Shown: piece after piece, positions 49,801 to 62,654 of the stretch
Position numbering within the stretch: position 1 is the stretch's first letter
How the letters are laid out: every line of letters begins with the position of its first letter
DNA from: Isurus oxyrinchus
Taxonomy: Eukaryota
Direction of reading: 5' to 3'
Assembly (NCBI GenBank): GCA_026770705.1
Contig: JANJGN010000009.1
Coordinates: 163,866,001 to 163,930,000 of the forward strand
Length of the DNA stretch: 64,000 bases
Made by a program: the position numbers and the translations under genes
Notes under the pieces: generated by a model
Seen by the model: only the letters and a program-made list of their open reading frames with translations
Databases searched by the model: none
Told to the model about the DNA's origin: nothing

Positions 49801-52241
49801 GACGTAAGGTGTCAGAGGAATCACGGATGTAGGTGGGAAGGGACTGGACAAGGGGAGAGCGAAGGGAGTCAAGATAATGAGAATTGAGTTCCGTGGGGCA
49901 GGAAGAGGCTGACACGATCAGTCTGCCGGGACAGTCCTGTTTGTGGATTTTGGGTAGGAGGTAGAAGCGGGCCGTCCGAGGTTGGGAGACTATCAGGTTG
50001 GAAGCTGTGGGAGGAAGATCTCCAGAGGAGATGAGGTCAGTGACAGATCTGGAAGCAATGGCTTGATGTTCAGTGGTGGGGTCATGGTCCAGGGAGAGGT
50101 AGGAGGAAGTGTCTGCGAGTTGACGCTCAGCCTCCACAAGGTAGAGGTCAGTGCGCCAGACAACAACTGCACCACCCTTGTCAGCGGGTTTGATGGCAAT
50201 GTTGGGGTTAGGCCTGAGAGAATGGAGTGCAGTATGTTCAGAGAGAGACAGGTTAGAATGGGTGAGAGGAGCAGAGAAATTGAGACGACTAATGTCACGC
50301 TGACAGTTCTCAATGAAAAGATCAAGAGAAGGTAAGAATCCAGAGGGAGGGGTCCAGGTGGAGGGAGAATATTGGAGGTGGGTAAAAGGATCCGTTGAAT
50401 GGGGAGAGGACTCCTGCCCAAAGAAGTGAGCCCGGAGACGAAGACGGTGGAAGAAGAGTTCAGCATCATGCCGAGCCCGAAATTCATTGAGGTGAGGATG
50501 TAAGGGTATGAAACTAAGTCCTTTGCTGAGCACTGAACGTTCAGCATCAGAGAGGGGAAGGTCAGGGTGTATAGTGAATACCCGACCGGGGCTGGGATTG
50601 GAAGATGGGGTGGGGACAGAGGGACAGGCAGGGTTGGAGGGTCCTGGATGTGTGTTGGTATCACTGAGTTGTTGCAGCTTGCGTTCCTTAGCACTTGAGA
50701 GAAAGAGAAAAGGTTTCTTGTTGAGGCGACGGATGAGACGAAGAATAGAATGAAACTGGGGGCACGGGCAGCTTTGGAAAGGGGTACGGCGATGCTGCTG
50801 GAGGGAGAGGTCGAATGTGTTCATATGGCAGCGCATGGCACTGAGTGTGGATCTCAGAATGCAACGGGAACAGTATTCCGAGGAATGTTGTATGTCCCAG
50901 AGATACCTGTAATCCTGGGTTGGTTCGAATCCGATGGAATTTCAGTTGAGATCCACATGGGGTAAGTCGGAGACGGAGACAGTCACTGAGAAAGGAAATA
51001 TGGCCGTGAAAGCGGGTTTTAGTAAACACCTTGTCAAACACCAGGAGAGAAATGGAAAGCAATGAAGGTAAATAAGGCAAAAGAGAGATATGAAAATCCT
51101 GACGGAGAGTAGTACAAAACTTCTTTAAGGTAGGGATGTCTTGAAGAGAAGTGGCAGTCAATTAAACACGGATAAAAGCAAAAAACTGCGGATGCTGGAA
51201 ATTCAAAACAAAAACAGAAACATAAATAGCTGGAAAAACTCAGCAGGTCTGGCAGCATCAGCGGAAAGAGCACAGTTGATGTTTCGAGTCCTCATGACCC
51301 ATCAACAGAACTAAGTAAAAATAGGAGAGGGGTGAAATATAAGCTGGTCTAAGGGGTGGGGGTGGGTGGTGGTGGAGGGAGAAGTTGTTGGGACAAGCAA
51401 GCAGTGATAGGAGGAGATAACCAAAAGATGTCACAGACAAATGAACAAAGAGGTGTTGAAGGTGGTGATATTATCCAAAAGATTGTGCTAATTAAGGATG
51501 GGTAGCAGGACAAGCAAGGTACATGGTGGCATCATGCTGCAGTTGGAGGCGGAAATGGCGGAGAATGATCCTTTAGTGCGGAGGCTGGTGGAGTGATAAC
51601 TGAGGACAAGGGAGACCTCTTCATGTTTCTGGGAGACTTGCTGCCTTCTTCCAGTGAAGCTCAATGCAAACCGGAGGAACAGCACCTCATCTTCCGACTA
51701 GGCACTTTAGAGCCATTGGGACTGAATATTAAGTTCAACAATTTTAGATCATAAACTCCCTCCTCCATCCCCACCCCCTTTCTGTTTCTTCTCCCTCCTT
51801 TTTCCTTTTTCCAATACTTTATATAGATTTTTCTTTTCCCACCTATTTCCATTATTTTTAATGTATTGCACCGATCATTTATCTATACCTTTTAAGCCCT
51901 TTAAGTCTTATTTCACCCCACCCCCACTAGAGCTATCTGTACCTTGATTGTCCTGCTATCCATTCTTAATTAGCACATTCTTTTAGATGATGTCACCACA
52001 TTCAACACCTCTTTGTTCTTTTGTCTGTGACATCTTTGGGTTATCGCCTCCTATCACCGCTTGCTTGTCCCAACAACTACCGCCGACTTCTCTCTCCACC
52101 GCCCCCCCACCGGCCGACCCATTAGACCAGCTTATATTTCACCCCTTTCCTATTTTTACTTCGTTCTGTTGAAGGGTCATAAGGACTCTAAATGTCAACT
52201 GTGCTCTTCTCCGCCGATGCTGCCAGACCTGCTGAGTTTTT
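46808..52241 (-). mobile_element. Duplicate of the composite Penelope-like element
   Basis: Same structure and junctions as 3874-9309. Confidence 0.93.
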
Positions 52242-52756
52242 CCAGGTTGGGGAGTTCTGGGTGTGGCTTTTGAATGAGCCAGCCTGTATCCTTTAAAGCT
52301 GCTCCCAAAATCACACAACCCTGGAACGCCGTTGGGAATCCCAGAATTAGGACACACCCGCCATTTTTAAAGGGCTCCTGAATCAACCCAAGTTGGTGAA
52401 ATCCAGGCCGTCACTTTGGTCTGAAGGCTGCACAAAGCACAGGGTAGAGGCCCTGGACTGAGACACCTGCCTTTATCTTGTACAGAAAGTGTTCACATGT
52501 GAGTGACATGAACATTGCTCATCAAAACAAGGAGCGATAGGCAGGGAGACATTCTTTGGAGTTTATTGACAATAATGAACAGTATGTACAAGTGATTAAC
52601 ACCCGTGCCCAGGACGTGCAACTGGCCTAAATAGCCAAGTGGTTATGGTACTGGGTTTGTAACCCCAAGATCAGGAATTCAAATCTCACAATGGCAAAAT
52701 ATGAAACAATGTAACTTGATCTGAATAGGAACAGATGGAAATGTGTTTGTACTCAA

Positions 52757-54023
52757 AAGAGTTACATTTCCTCAACTCTCGAGGCCTTCCGTGCTCAGTG
52801 GGGACTGGGGTGCTTTATTGACCCCTTTTAGCACTTTTTGGTTTAAAGTTGTAAGTTTCCTTTAAACTTCGTTCTTGGTTTTACAGCTGACCTAAATTAG
52901 GGGCTGTCCCTTATTTATCCTAATTTTGTAAATTTAGTTTAATTGTTTTGACTCTATAAGAGTTACATCTCCTCAACCCCCGTAATATGAGCCGCCTCGG
53001 GGACATGTTCTCTGTGCCATTTGGCACAGCAAAGAGGAGCTTTTTGTACGATCTGCTGCTGCACATCTTCCATTTTCTCGCCCTTGTCCGCCGCCTGGAT
53101 ATGCCCTGGCATGCCTTGTTGCCTTCCGGCAGCGGAGGCCCCCGATGGGAGGCCCTCTGAGGAGGTGTCCTCCCCCTTTCTATCGGGGACCTGGGTTCGA
53201 GGGTGTTGCATGCAGCAGTCCCCTATAATAGGAGAATTCATAGGTTCACGGACTCCCAAGACACATGACCTTTTCGTGGTCTTGTGGAGTCCGTGGACCA
53301 TGCATACATAGGGTGTGGTAGGTTGCACTCCCTTTTCAGTTACTTGATGAACCTTTTGTTAATGTTTTGTTTGCACTTCAGCCCCACGCTCCTGATCTAT
53401 GGACACCCGGTGCGGAAGGGGGTCGGAAAGGAGGAGGACCTCCTCGTGAACCTACTCCTGGGCCTGGCCAAGTTGGCCATTAACAGGTCCAGGCAGCAGG
53501 CGATCGAAGGGGGAGTCCCGCCCAATTATTTATCCCTCTTCCGCGGCTACGGTCGCAGCCGGATGTCCCTGGAAAGGGAGCATGCGGTGTCTGCCGGCAC
53601 TCTCGAACCCTTCCGTGCTCGGTGGGCACCGCGGGGACTGGGGTGTTTTGTTGACCTCTTTTATCACATTTTGGTTTAAAGTTGTAAGTTTCCTTCAAAC
53701 TTTGTTCTTGGTTTTACAGCTGACCTGAATTAGGGGCTGTGCCTGATTTATCCCAATTTTGTTAATTTAGTTTAATTGCTTTGACTCTATAAGAGTTACA
53801 TCTCCTCAACTCTCGAGACCTTCTGTGCTCGATGGGTGACCACGGGGGTTGGGGTGCTTTATCCAGCCTCTTAATCACATTTTGGTTTGATGTTGTAAGT
53901 TTCCTTTAAATCCTGTCTTTGGTTTTGCAGTGACCCTAACTTAGGGGCTGCGTTTTATTCTGTTCCTCATTTTGTTAATTTAGTTTATTTGTTTGGCTTT
54001 AAAAGAGCTACATCTTCTCAACT
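52757..54023 (+). mobile_element. Duplicate of the Tx1 tandem array
   Basis: Matches 9825-11091. Confidence 0.8.
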
Positions 54024-57000
54024 TTCCTAATCCTCCCGCTACATCTTGGTGCTCCGCAGACATCCAGAGTGGAAGTAAAGACAGTCTGCAGACTGCTATG
54101 CTCTGTCTGTGATAATTTTTGGCGGGCGTCCTCTGGAGGCCTGAGGCCTGGAGGGCCCCGGCTTCCTTTCGAGGTCCTGCTGTGTGGCATTAGCACCCTC
54201 CTTGGCCTGTGGACCTGGAGCTGTCAAGGTCACAGTAAGAGGGGAGTTACCAGGATGAATGGCCCCGGAGGGTACACATGTTGATCCTTCTCGCTATTGG
54301 CTGAATTAGCGAGCAGCAGGGGTAGCTGGAGTGAGATTGAGCTGCCCGCACCCCTCTCTCATACACACTGTCAGGGGCCAACTATACATCAGCAATGGAG
54401 TTCAGCCCCACAGCAGTGTAGGAACGGTGCCCTGGACCAACATCTCCAAGGCACCTACGATCCTACCAGTGTTGACCTTGGTGCATTGACATGCCAGCGC
54501 TATCACCTCAGAGTGCAGGTGGATGGATTCCTCCATATTAACTGAAAATTTTATTTAAAAAGAGAGAAGGTCACCATCTAATCCTTTATTAACTGTGTTT
54601 AATTGTATGCAGTGGTAGCATTAAATAGATGTCTTCAGGTCTGGGCCTTGTACACACTGTCTCCTGGGAGTTCTGACCAGCTACCCTGCTGTCTTCAGGG
54701 AGATCTGGCCAACCATCCTGCTGTGTTCTGGGAGATCTAAGCAGCTACCCCCTCACATAGGCTTCAGTATTCCCTTAAATGTGTTTCTTCTCTTTCATCT
54801 CTCTTTGTTGCAACCAGTCTGAAAAGAAATGCTTTTCTTCAAAGGATTGATTAAATCAATCTTTACCTCTTAGACTTGTAAAAACAAACTTACTCTATGT
54901 TTATGTCACGTCCTTACACCTTTTTACAACCTGCATATATCTCCCTTTGAACTAAAACAACACAATTCAAACTATTTCTGTTATTGCTTCATGTACAAAT
55001 CTGTTGTAGTTCTTTTTTGTTTATTAACATATCAAAACCACTCCAAATTGTTGACTTTTGACCCTATCCACTGATGAGGCAGTCCATGTCATGGAACCAT
55101 AACCTTAAATCTGGAGATAGGCTCGTCAGGGATGTCAGGAATCACTTCTTCACGCAAAGTATAGCGGAAATCAGGAACACTCTCCTCAAAAAAGCTCTTG
55201 AACTTAAATGAAAATTTCAAAACTGATTGACAGATTTTATCTGGTAGCAATATTCGGGTTATGGGACCCCGGTAGGTAAATGGACAGAAGATACTGGTCA
55301 GTTGGGATTTAATTGAATTGTGGAACAGGCTGAAGGGGCTGCATGTCCGAATCCCTTTTCCATGTTCTGGAGCCCCAGTTAATTTTTCAGTGGTCTGGGC
55401 CTTGTGAGGAACAATGTGCTGTGAAACAAGCTCACAAACAGTTAGCATTTCAAACTTTCCAATCACCAGGCAAACTGTGACCTGTGTTGTTTCAGAGTAC
55501 AGTTTGTGACAGTGAAAGCAGTGAAGGCCTGCCAAACCTCATTAAAATCAAGTTCTGTCGAAGGGTCATGAGGACTCGAAACGTCAACTCTTTTCTTCTC
55601 CATCGATGCTGCCAGACCTGCTGAGTTTTTCCAGGTAATTCTGTTTTTGTTTTGGATTTCCAGCATCCGCAGTTTTCTTTGTTTTTATCTCATTAAAATG
55701 TTGGTGAAAGTGTCACTTTTCTCTGGCTAATCCCTTGACCAAAGAGGGAATTTTAATTCCCCTCCCCCATCCTGCATCGTGTTGAGGCATGATGGGATTT
55801 GCTGGATCCAGAACCTTCTCCAGCACGGCTTGTGATCCAGGAGACACACGAAAGCTTCGCCCCCCCACCCCCAGGCAAATGTTTTATACAATTTCTCCCT
55901 CCCCATGATTGGCCAATCCTGCCCCAAGCAGCAAAGTCACCCTGACTCCCTCCTCGCTGTTGTGCTCCGAGGCAACATTCCCACCAATTTCCAAACTTTT
56001 ACCATAACGTTCCTACTTGGAAACCAGCCAAACATTCAATCAGTGTGCAAGAATTCTGGTGAGATTTTGCTGTTAAATTCGGCACAAACTCAACATTCCT
56101 GGTATTTCCAGCTTTCTCACCACCCCACACACAGTCCCCCCTCTCGTCTCCACGTACCAGGGTTGAAGTGTTCTATCGCAGCATGCAGAGAACCAGAGCC
56201 AATCACATTTACATTCTTATCCAAAGCTACAAAACATGTAACCGATATCTGACAACATTTTGCCCTCATTTTACCCTTTGCTTTTCTAAGATTCTCTCCA
56301 ACCAATTCACATTCAACTCACAAACAATGAAGTAGCATTGGAGGCTCACTACCAGCTACGAAGAGATATTGTTCACCATCATATTCATGTTAACATACTC
56401 TCAGTATCATAGCTGCTGTTCTGATCTGGAGACCTGATATGTTCTGATATAATGGCTGAAAGGGTAACTCAGGCCTCTAAGAGGATGGAGAGATATGGGG
56501 ATGGATTTTTAAAAAGTATGGTGTCAGGATTAGAGATGGGTGGGTGTGAAATTTGACACCGCTGGTCTCCATGCCAATTTACTGTTACAATCCCAAGCCC
56601 GAAACATTTAGAAAGCAGGCGGCTTGCAGTCAAGTGGTGGGCAGCTAACTTAGGAAATAACATTTACCAAAGGGGCCAATTAAAGACCCATTCCTGCGCC
56701 CACTGGGATTTCATTCAGCAATGCAAGCAGACCACATTACCCCTTCAGGATCATGGCCCGGCAGCTGCCGGGTTTTGAAACATAAAATAAACTTACCTGG
56801 ACTTTCCCCTTGCTGTCTCCATGCTCAGGTCAGCAACTCCCACCTCACCTGGTGAGGCCCTCTAGCATCAGGAGCCCGCCCTCTGTCCCTGATTGGAAGG
56901 TGAGCCAGTTCCAGTCTTTTGATTGGCAAGAACATTGAAAATTGCAGTGGGCATGCCTAAAGAATGGTGAATGGTGTCAGGACCTGAAACAATCTCCCAT

Positions 57001-57159
57001 GTCCAGTTCCCAAACCCAAATTTAACATCCACCCCATAGAGTGGTAGATGTGTTGGTGAGATTCCAACATGGCAGAGCCTGGCTGAGATGAAGTGCAAAG
57101 TTTGAAGAGTATTTGATTATTAAATGTTCAGTATCTGAATGTTTCTTTGTTTCCAACAG

Positions 57160-57489
57160 AACCCGTGTCTGTTCCTGTGCTTAGATTTTCATCACCAGCA
57201 AATGTCTCATGTTCTGGGGGTTCAGTGTCCGTCTCCTGTGAGTCTGTCCAGGGATCCCTTCCCATTCAGTACACATGGTATGAAAAGAACCTGTCTGAAG
57301 ATTCAAAGATCTCTGACACCAAGAAACTGGATCTACATTGTCAATCCTTCAAACAGCAACATCATCAATATTACTGCACAGCCTCGAATAATCAGGGAGT
57401 AAAATCCAGTGACACTGTCACTGTTAACTCAACACTCATGAATGTAACAACGAAAAGCTACAGTTATGTGATACAAATTGGAAACATTG
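57160..57489 (+). CDS. Receptor B exon 3, C2-type Ig domain
   Basis: As exon 3 of A except DTNKL>DTKKL; splice sites intact. Confidence 0.92.
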
Positions 57490-59813
57490 GTAAGTGTTAC
57501 TTTCTACAAACAACGTGGCGAATGAATGTTTTAAATTCATGTCTATCCAAACTGGTCACTGTTTCAGTTCCTTCAGTTTATCTGAGAAATTGCAACTGGC
57601 CAAATTCACTCTCTCTGGTTCCTCAAACATTCTGAACAAGGTCACTAAGTTGCATTTTTCATGAAAAATGGACAGGATCAGAAAATATCCCCAAAACATG
57701 CAAAAATATTGCCGAATCTCCAATAAACCCATCGAATCAAAATAGCATTTGATTGACAGAGCTTTCATAAAGTAATTTGTCTATTTCCAGCAGATGGAAT
57801 TGTGAAATGCAACCTCCAACTGTTGTGTCCTAGTTTGGGAAGGATATCACTGATAGAATAGAGAAGAATTGAATTAAAATGAACCCTTGGATGAGAGGTT
57901 TTAGTCATGAGGAAAGTATCATCACAACTGAGGTGAATGACCAGCTGGAGGACGTGGAAATTGTTAGAAATTTGGATAAGGTAACTCTAACTATTTCCAC
58001 TAGTCAGTGAGTCAGCAACAAGAGAGCATTAACTTTAAAATTATCACTAAAAGGACAAAGGGAGAAATTTGGAGAATTTTATTGATGCAAACTGTTTTTA
58101 GGACATGGAATGCCCAACTGAAATAAGTTTACAAACAAATTTAATAATAGATTTTAAAAGGGAAACAAATGTATGAGGGTGTGGGAAAAGGACAATGAAA
58201 TGGAATTAAATGAGGAGATCATTCAGAGAACCAGCATTCGAGTGATGGGCTGAATTCCCTCCCCTGTGTTGTAAAAATTCCATCATTCCAGTCAAAATCT
58301 CAAATTATCCTGTATAAAAAATTAACTATTCGCTCCCCATAAAACAATGACCCTGGTTCTGAAACAAGGATGACTTTAGCCTATTTGAATGTAGCGGTTC
58401 AATTTTCTGCAGAGTGGGTGCAGCATGTTCACTGAGAAACACCAACATGGGCACAAAACAAAGAGAATCACATTTTCACCTGAGCAGCAGGAGACAGGAA
58501 TTTACATATGCAAATATATTGACTCTGGTCATGTGGTCTCTTGCCTCAGTCGTCAGGGAAGAAGGGTGGAATTTTACACCCCCATTGCGGCAGGGACTGG
58601 GCTGTAAAATGCAGCCAGCCATTCTAAACTCCATGCACTCCAGCAGGACCATAAAATCCAACTGTCACAAGGCTCAGACCAAAGGCTGTCAGCAGCAGGT
58701 AGAAATTACACCTGTAAACTGTGTTTGTACTGGAGTTGTCAGCAGGGACTCAGTTGCACTCTGACCTTTGATGCCAGTCTTTTGTAGTTACAAGTTCCCC
58801 TTAAGAGTTAAAATTCGGGCTGATACCATGATCCAGCTCTGAGGTAGTGCTATACTGGTGGTGGTGCTGCTGTGTAGATGAGGTATTAAACTGAGGATCC
58901 ACATCCCCCTTAGGTAGATGTAAACATTTCCAGGGTATTATTCACAGAATAGGGAAGTTCTCCTGGCGTCCTTGAAGCCTTTATTCCTCAACCAATACAC
59001 ACAAATTGGGAGCAGGAGCAGGCCATTTGGTCTTTTGAGCCTGTTAATGTCACTACAAAACAGATCATCTAGTGAATGTTTTACTGATGTTTGTGGGGCT
59101 TTGCTGTGTACGAATTAACTTCCACGTTTCTTGATATTAAAACTGTGGCTTTACTTCAAAAAAGTACTTCATAGGCTCTGAAGCACTTTGGAATATCCCA
59201 AGGTTGTGAAAGGTGATGAATCAACACAACTTGTTTCTTACTTTTTGAAACAAACCATTTATTAAAATACATCTGAAACAATTATCTGAGTGCAAACTGC
59301 AGGGGGGGGAGGGGGAGGGAGGAGCCAGTCCCAGCAGCAAGGTGGTCATTATAATTAAATGGTCAGAAAATCACTGGCAGGTTTGAGACATTCATGGTCA
59401 GTGGGTGAAGATTGTCATCTTTACTGCAAGCTCAGAAAACTGCCCCCAAAGTGCAGAAAGTGACCATTGCCAGTATTAGGATGTGACTGTTTAATGTGTT
59501 CACATGAAATTCATGTCAAGAAAGTGTATCTCTGGATTGCAGTCCACCAACTTGAGCCCTTATCAGGCCCACTAGTAACTCTGTCCCACCAACTCTCAGA
59601 TATAGGAAAGAAAGTGAAATTACCAGTAAAGATAGACCACCAGGTATCAGCAACCTCTCCACTTGTGACCAGAGAGGGGTAAATTACACAGAAATCAATT
59701 CTACCAGCCAGGCTTTTCCTCAATTAATGAGGTTCCATTTGACAATGATGCTCTCTCAGTTGAATACAAGTGAAAATGAGGTGAATCTGAATGTTATTCC
59801 CTTGTGTCAACAG

Positions 59814-59931
59814 GACGTGAGTATTGTTGTGAAGCTTGTACAAGAGTATCACCAACTACATATTTGACAAGTACAGATATAATTTCCACTACCAATCGAG
59901 CCACAACTTCAGATCCCGAAAATGCTGAAAG
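59814..59931 (+). CDS. Receptor B exon 4, stalk (GREYCCEACTRVSPTTYLTSTDIISTTNRATTSDPENAE)
   Basis: Same length and splice sites as A exon 4; 10 substitutions. Confidence 0.85.
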
Positions 59932-60742
59932 GTACAATGTTCTCATGGATTGGCATTGCTTCCATATGTGAGAGATACAATTGGCCAAAGGAGTGAAAGT
60001 TGTTCATTAATTGTAAAGTAGCTCATCAGAATGGAAATGGTGGCTGGGTTTATATCATGCTGTTGTGTTAGCTTCTTAATGAGGCTGCATTTTTCTGTTG
60101 GAAAATACAAGCAAGGAGTGAGCTTTTCCATTGTGTTGCCGCTCAGATGGTGTTTTTTGCCTTATTCACCTTGATTACTTCACCGCTAAGGTAATCTCAC
60201 AGTGTGTGAGGAGTTGTACTTGTCAAACTTACCTTGCTGCTGTCTACACTGACAGAGTACTTGTATTTGGGCTGATGAAAAGGAAGAATTAGCGTGATAT
60301 ATCTGCACATCCCTTGGTTTCACTAATGAGAGACATCTTGCAACTCTGGTCCCATTTCCATATTATTAGCCTAAGCTGTTGACAATAAGTAGCAGAAATT
60401 GTAGTCCGATGTAAACACTCAGGAATCAGGTCTTTGAAGTTACAATGGTGATAAAGAGAAAATGCCAACTAAATGTCAAACAGAAAGAGGGACAGTTGGA
60501 AATGGACAGCAGGTATGTCCGCAGCTGTGGAGAAAATAAACACGTTCATGGTTTGGGTGCAGACACTTCTTCAGAATTCTAGTCCACACACGAAGCGAAG
60601 CAGGTCCACTCACCCCACAGATCCCAACTGAGCTGCTGAATGTTTCCAGAATCTTCTGTTTTCCATTCATATTTCTAGCACATGCAGTGCTCTTACTTTT
60701 ATCCAGATTATTGTCAATGATTTAAAAAGGATTGAAAGTCTA

Positions 60743-61020
60743 TGGTCTGAATTTTCCGCTCGGCGGGGGTGGGGGTGGGGTAGAGCGGGAGCGAGCACGG
60801 GCAGCTGTGGACCCCATCGCCATCCACCATTGGGTTTTTGACGCCATTTTGCGCGGGCGGCCAATTTAGGCCATCCCAGCGTATTTCCCGGCTCCCGAGG
60901 ATAGCGGCAGTGGGCGAGAAGCGGGGAGTGTGCACAGACAACCGGGTCCAATGGTGACCCAGCGGCCTGTTTAAATGAAGGCCTGGCAGCCTGTTCCAGC
61001 TGCTCACAATGGCCAGTGCA
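60743..61020. mobile_element. Truncated Harbinger-type MITE at the duplication breakpoint
   Basis: Begins ggtctgaattttcc (family TIR), GC-rich body; no right TIR found. Confidence 0.55.
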
Positions 61021-61275
61021 AAGAATTTTCACTTACAATTTAGCTTTGTATTACAGTTAGACATTATGGACATGCTAAAGAAATTTGCTTCGTTTGATTT
61101 TTATCTAACGATCATGAAGTTGATAAGTAAAACTTTAGCTGATTCTTTCAGCTAAAGTCCCTTGTCTACTTTATGTTGCTGCAAAAAATTACAGTGTAAA
61201 GCAGAGAGTCATGTTTCAAAAATGAAACAGTCTCATTTCATTTAAATGGTTTGATATTTCTTCTCTTTTGCTCAG

Positions 61276-61366
61276 TTACATTATCTGGGATGTGATACGC
61301 TGGGTGCTCTTTACTCTCCTGGTGATTTGTGCTGTTTCAGGCACATGGTGTACGAGAAAATCTAAG
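61276..61366 (+). CDS. Receptor B exon 5, transmembrane helix with charged residues (SYIIWDVIRWVLFTLLVICAVSGTWCTRKSK), activating type
   Basis: ttctcttttgctcag| acceptor in phase 2 matching exon 4; aag|gtgaga donor; hydrophobic helix with Arg near its N-terminal end; no similarity to A exon 5. Confidence 0.8.
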
Positions 61367-61411
61367 GTGAGAGTTATGGACTGTATAAGAATCATTATGG
61401 GCAGTTTGCAA

Positions 61412-62336
61412 TGTTATGATGTGGCAGATGATGTGTGTCAGGCAGACCAAATCCACGAGTGAAACTTGGTCGAGCTGTCACAACGGTTTTGCAATTTATA
61501 TTTATTATGAGATGCATGCACTGAATTCAGACACCATAAGTCTACCAAACTTTTAGAGATTTAAAAAATATATCGTTAAATATATTTATTAGCAAAAGAT
61601 AGATTTCAATTACATACATAAGTCTACTAATTTCTTCTATAATAACTCGTAAAATTCCTAATTAGCCTCACTCCCAGTTACACCTCCTTTAAGGCAACTG
61701 TACAAAGAATAGATATTAGGTTTCAAGCAGATCCAGCAAATTGACACAATGATCTAGACAGTGGAATTCCAAATGGCTTTCACCAGCTTCAGTTTCGTTA
61801 GACAGCAGGCTTATGCACAAATGCTGGAGGCTTCATTAAGGCTACTTCAAACACATCTGTTAGGTCTCATATGGACTTCTCCTGACACATAGCCTCATTC
61901 TCCTTTATATATGTTTCCCTCTATTTAACATGTAAACCCTATTGTTTCAGATACCTTTGAAACTGTGTCTTCCTCACAATGTAAAAACTTTCATGTCGAT
62001 ACTATATATTGTCAGTAACCTTTGAGATAAAGAAACACATTCCTTCATCTTGCTTAGCTGCCTAATTGTGAAGAGACTAAAATACTTTTGAAATCCAAAT
62101 CTCCCTTCATTTATCTAAAAAGGCAAATTCCCTTTACACTTTACTTGCTAAACCAGTATCCATGTTTACTCATTAGCATGTCAAATACCTAGCTTCTTTT
62201 GTTGAGTTATATCATGCCATCTACCTGATCCCAAATGTAATTAAATCTCACACAGACAGACCCAAACACTTACCCCCATAAACCGACTCCACAATAAAGC
62301 AGAAAATATTATGAAAATTATTATACTTTCATGACA
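61412..62336. mobile_element. Probable solo LTR (about 925 bp) just downstream of receptor B TM exon
   Basis: tgttatga...tcatgaca inverted termini; flanks gcaa/gtaa as an imperfect 4-bp TSD. Confidence 0.55.
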
Positions 62337-62654
62337 GTAAATTCTCCATCAATTATTTCAAAAACATTGATCACAGATATTGTCAAGAAAAACTTGCATT
62401 GATGTTAAGGTCCACAGATTGAAACAAGGTGTTTTACAGATTCTATGGGCAGAATCATCTGAGATTTGCACAAAGTGCGGTAGTGAGTGGGAAAAAGGAC
62501 ATCCCGGGTGTGAAAAAACAGCACAGACCAAGACCCTGATTTCCCAGTTTTTACTGGTGTTCCATGTTAAAGTATACGAGCCCCACTCAGGCCCGTATTC
62601 TTATTTCCCATCTTTTACTGTTTTTCCCTTCTGGGATATTATCCGCCGGCTGCA

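Larger units (their letters stand above)
42936..60739 (+). repeat. Segmental duplicate, copy B
   Basis: Matches 1-17797; similarity ends after ...gtcaatgatttaa..aag.at.gaaagt. Confidence 0.97.

Noticed and set aside
42936-60739. Copy B as a pure false duplication of A
   Set aside because: The diverged stalk exon and a different, in-phase TM exon show B is a distinct gene form; only allele vs paralogue remains open.
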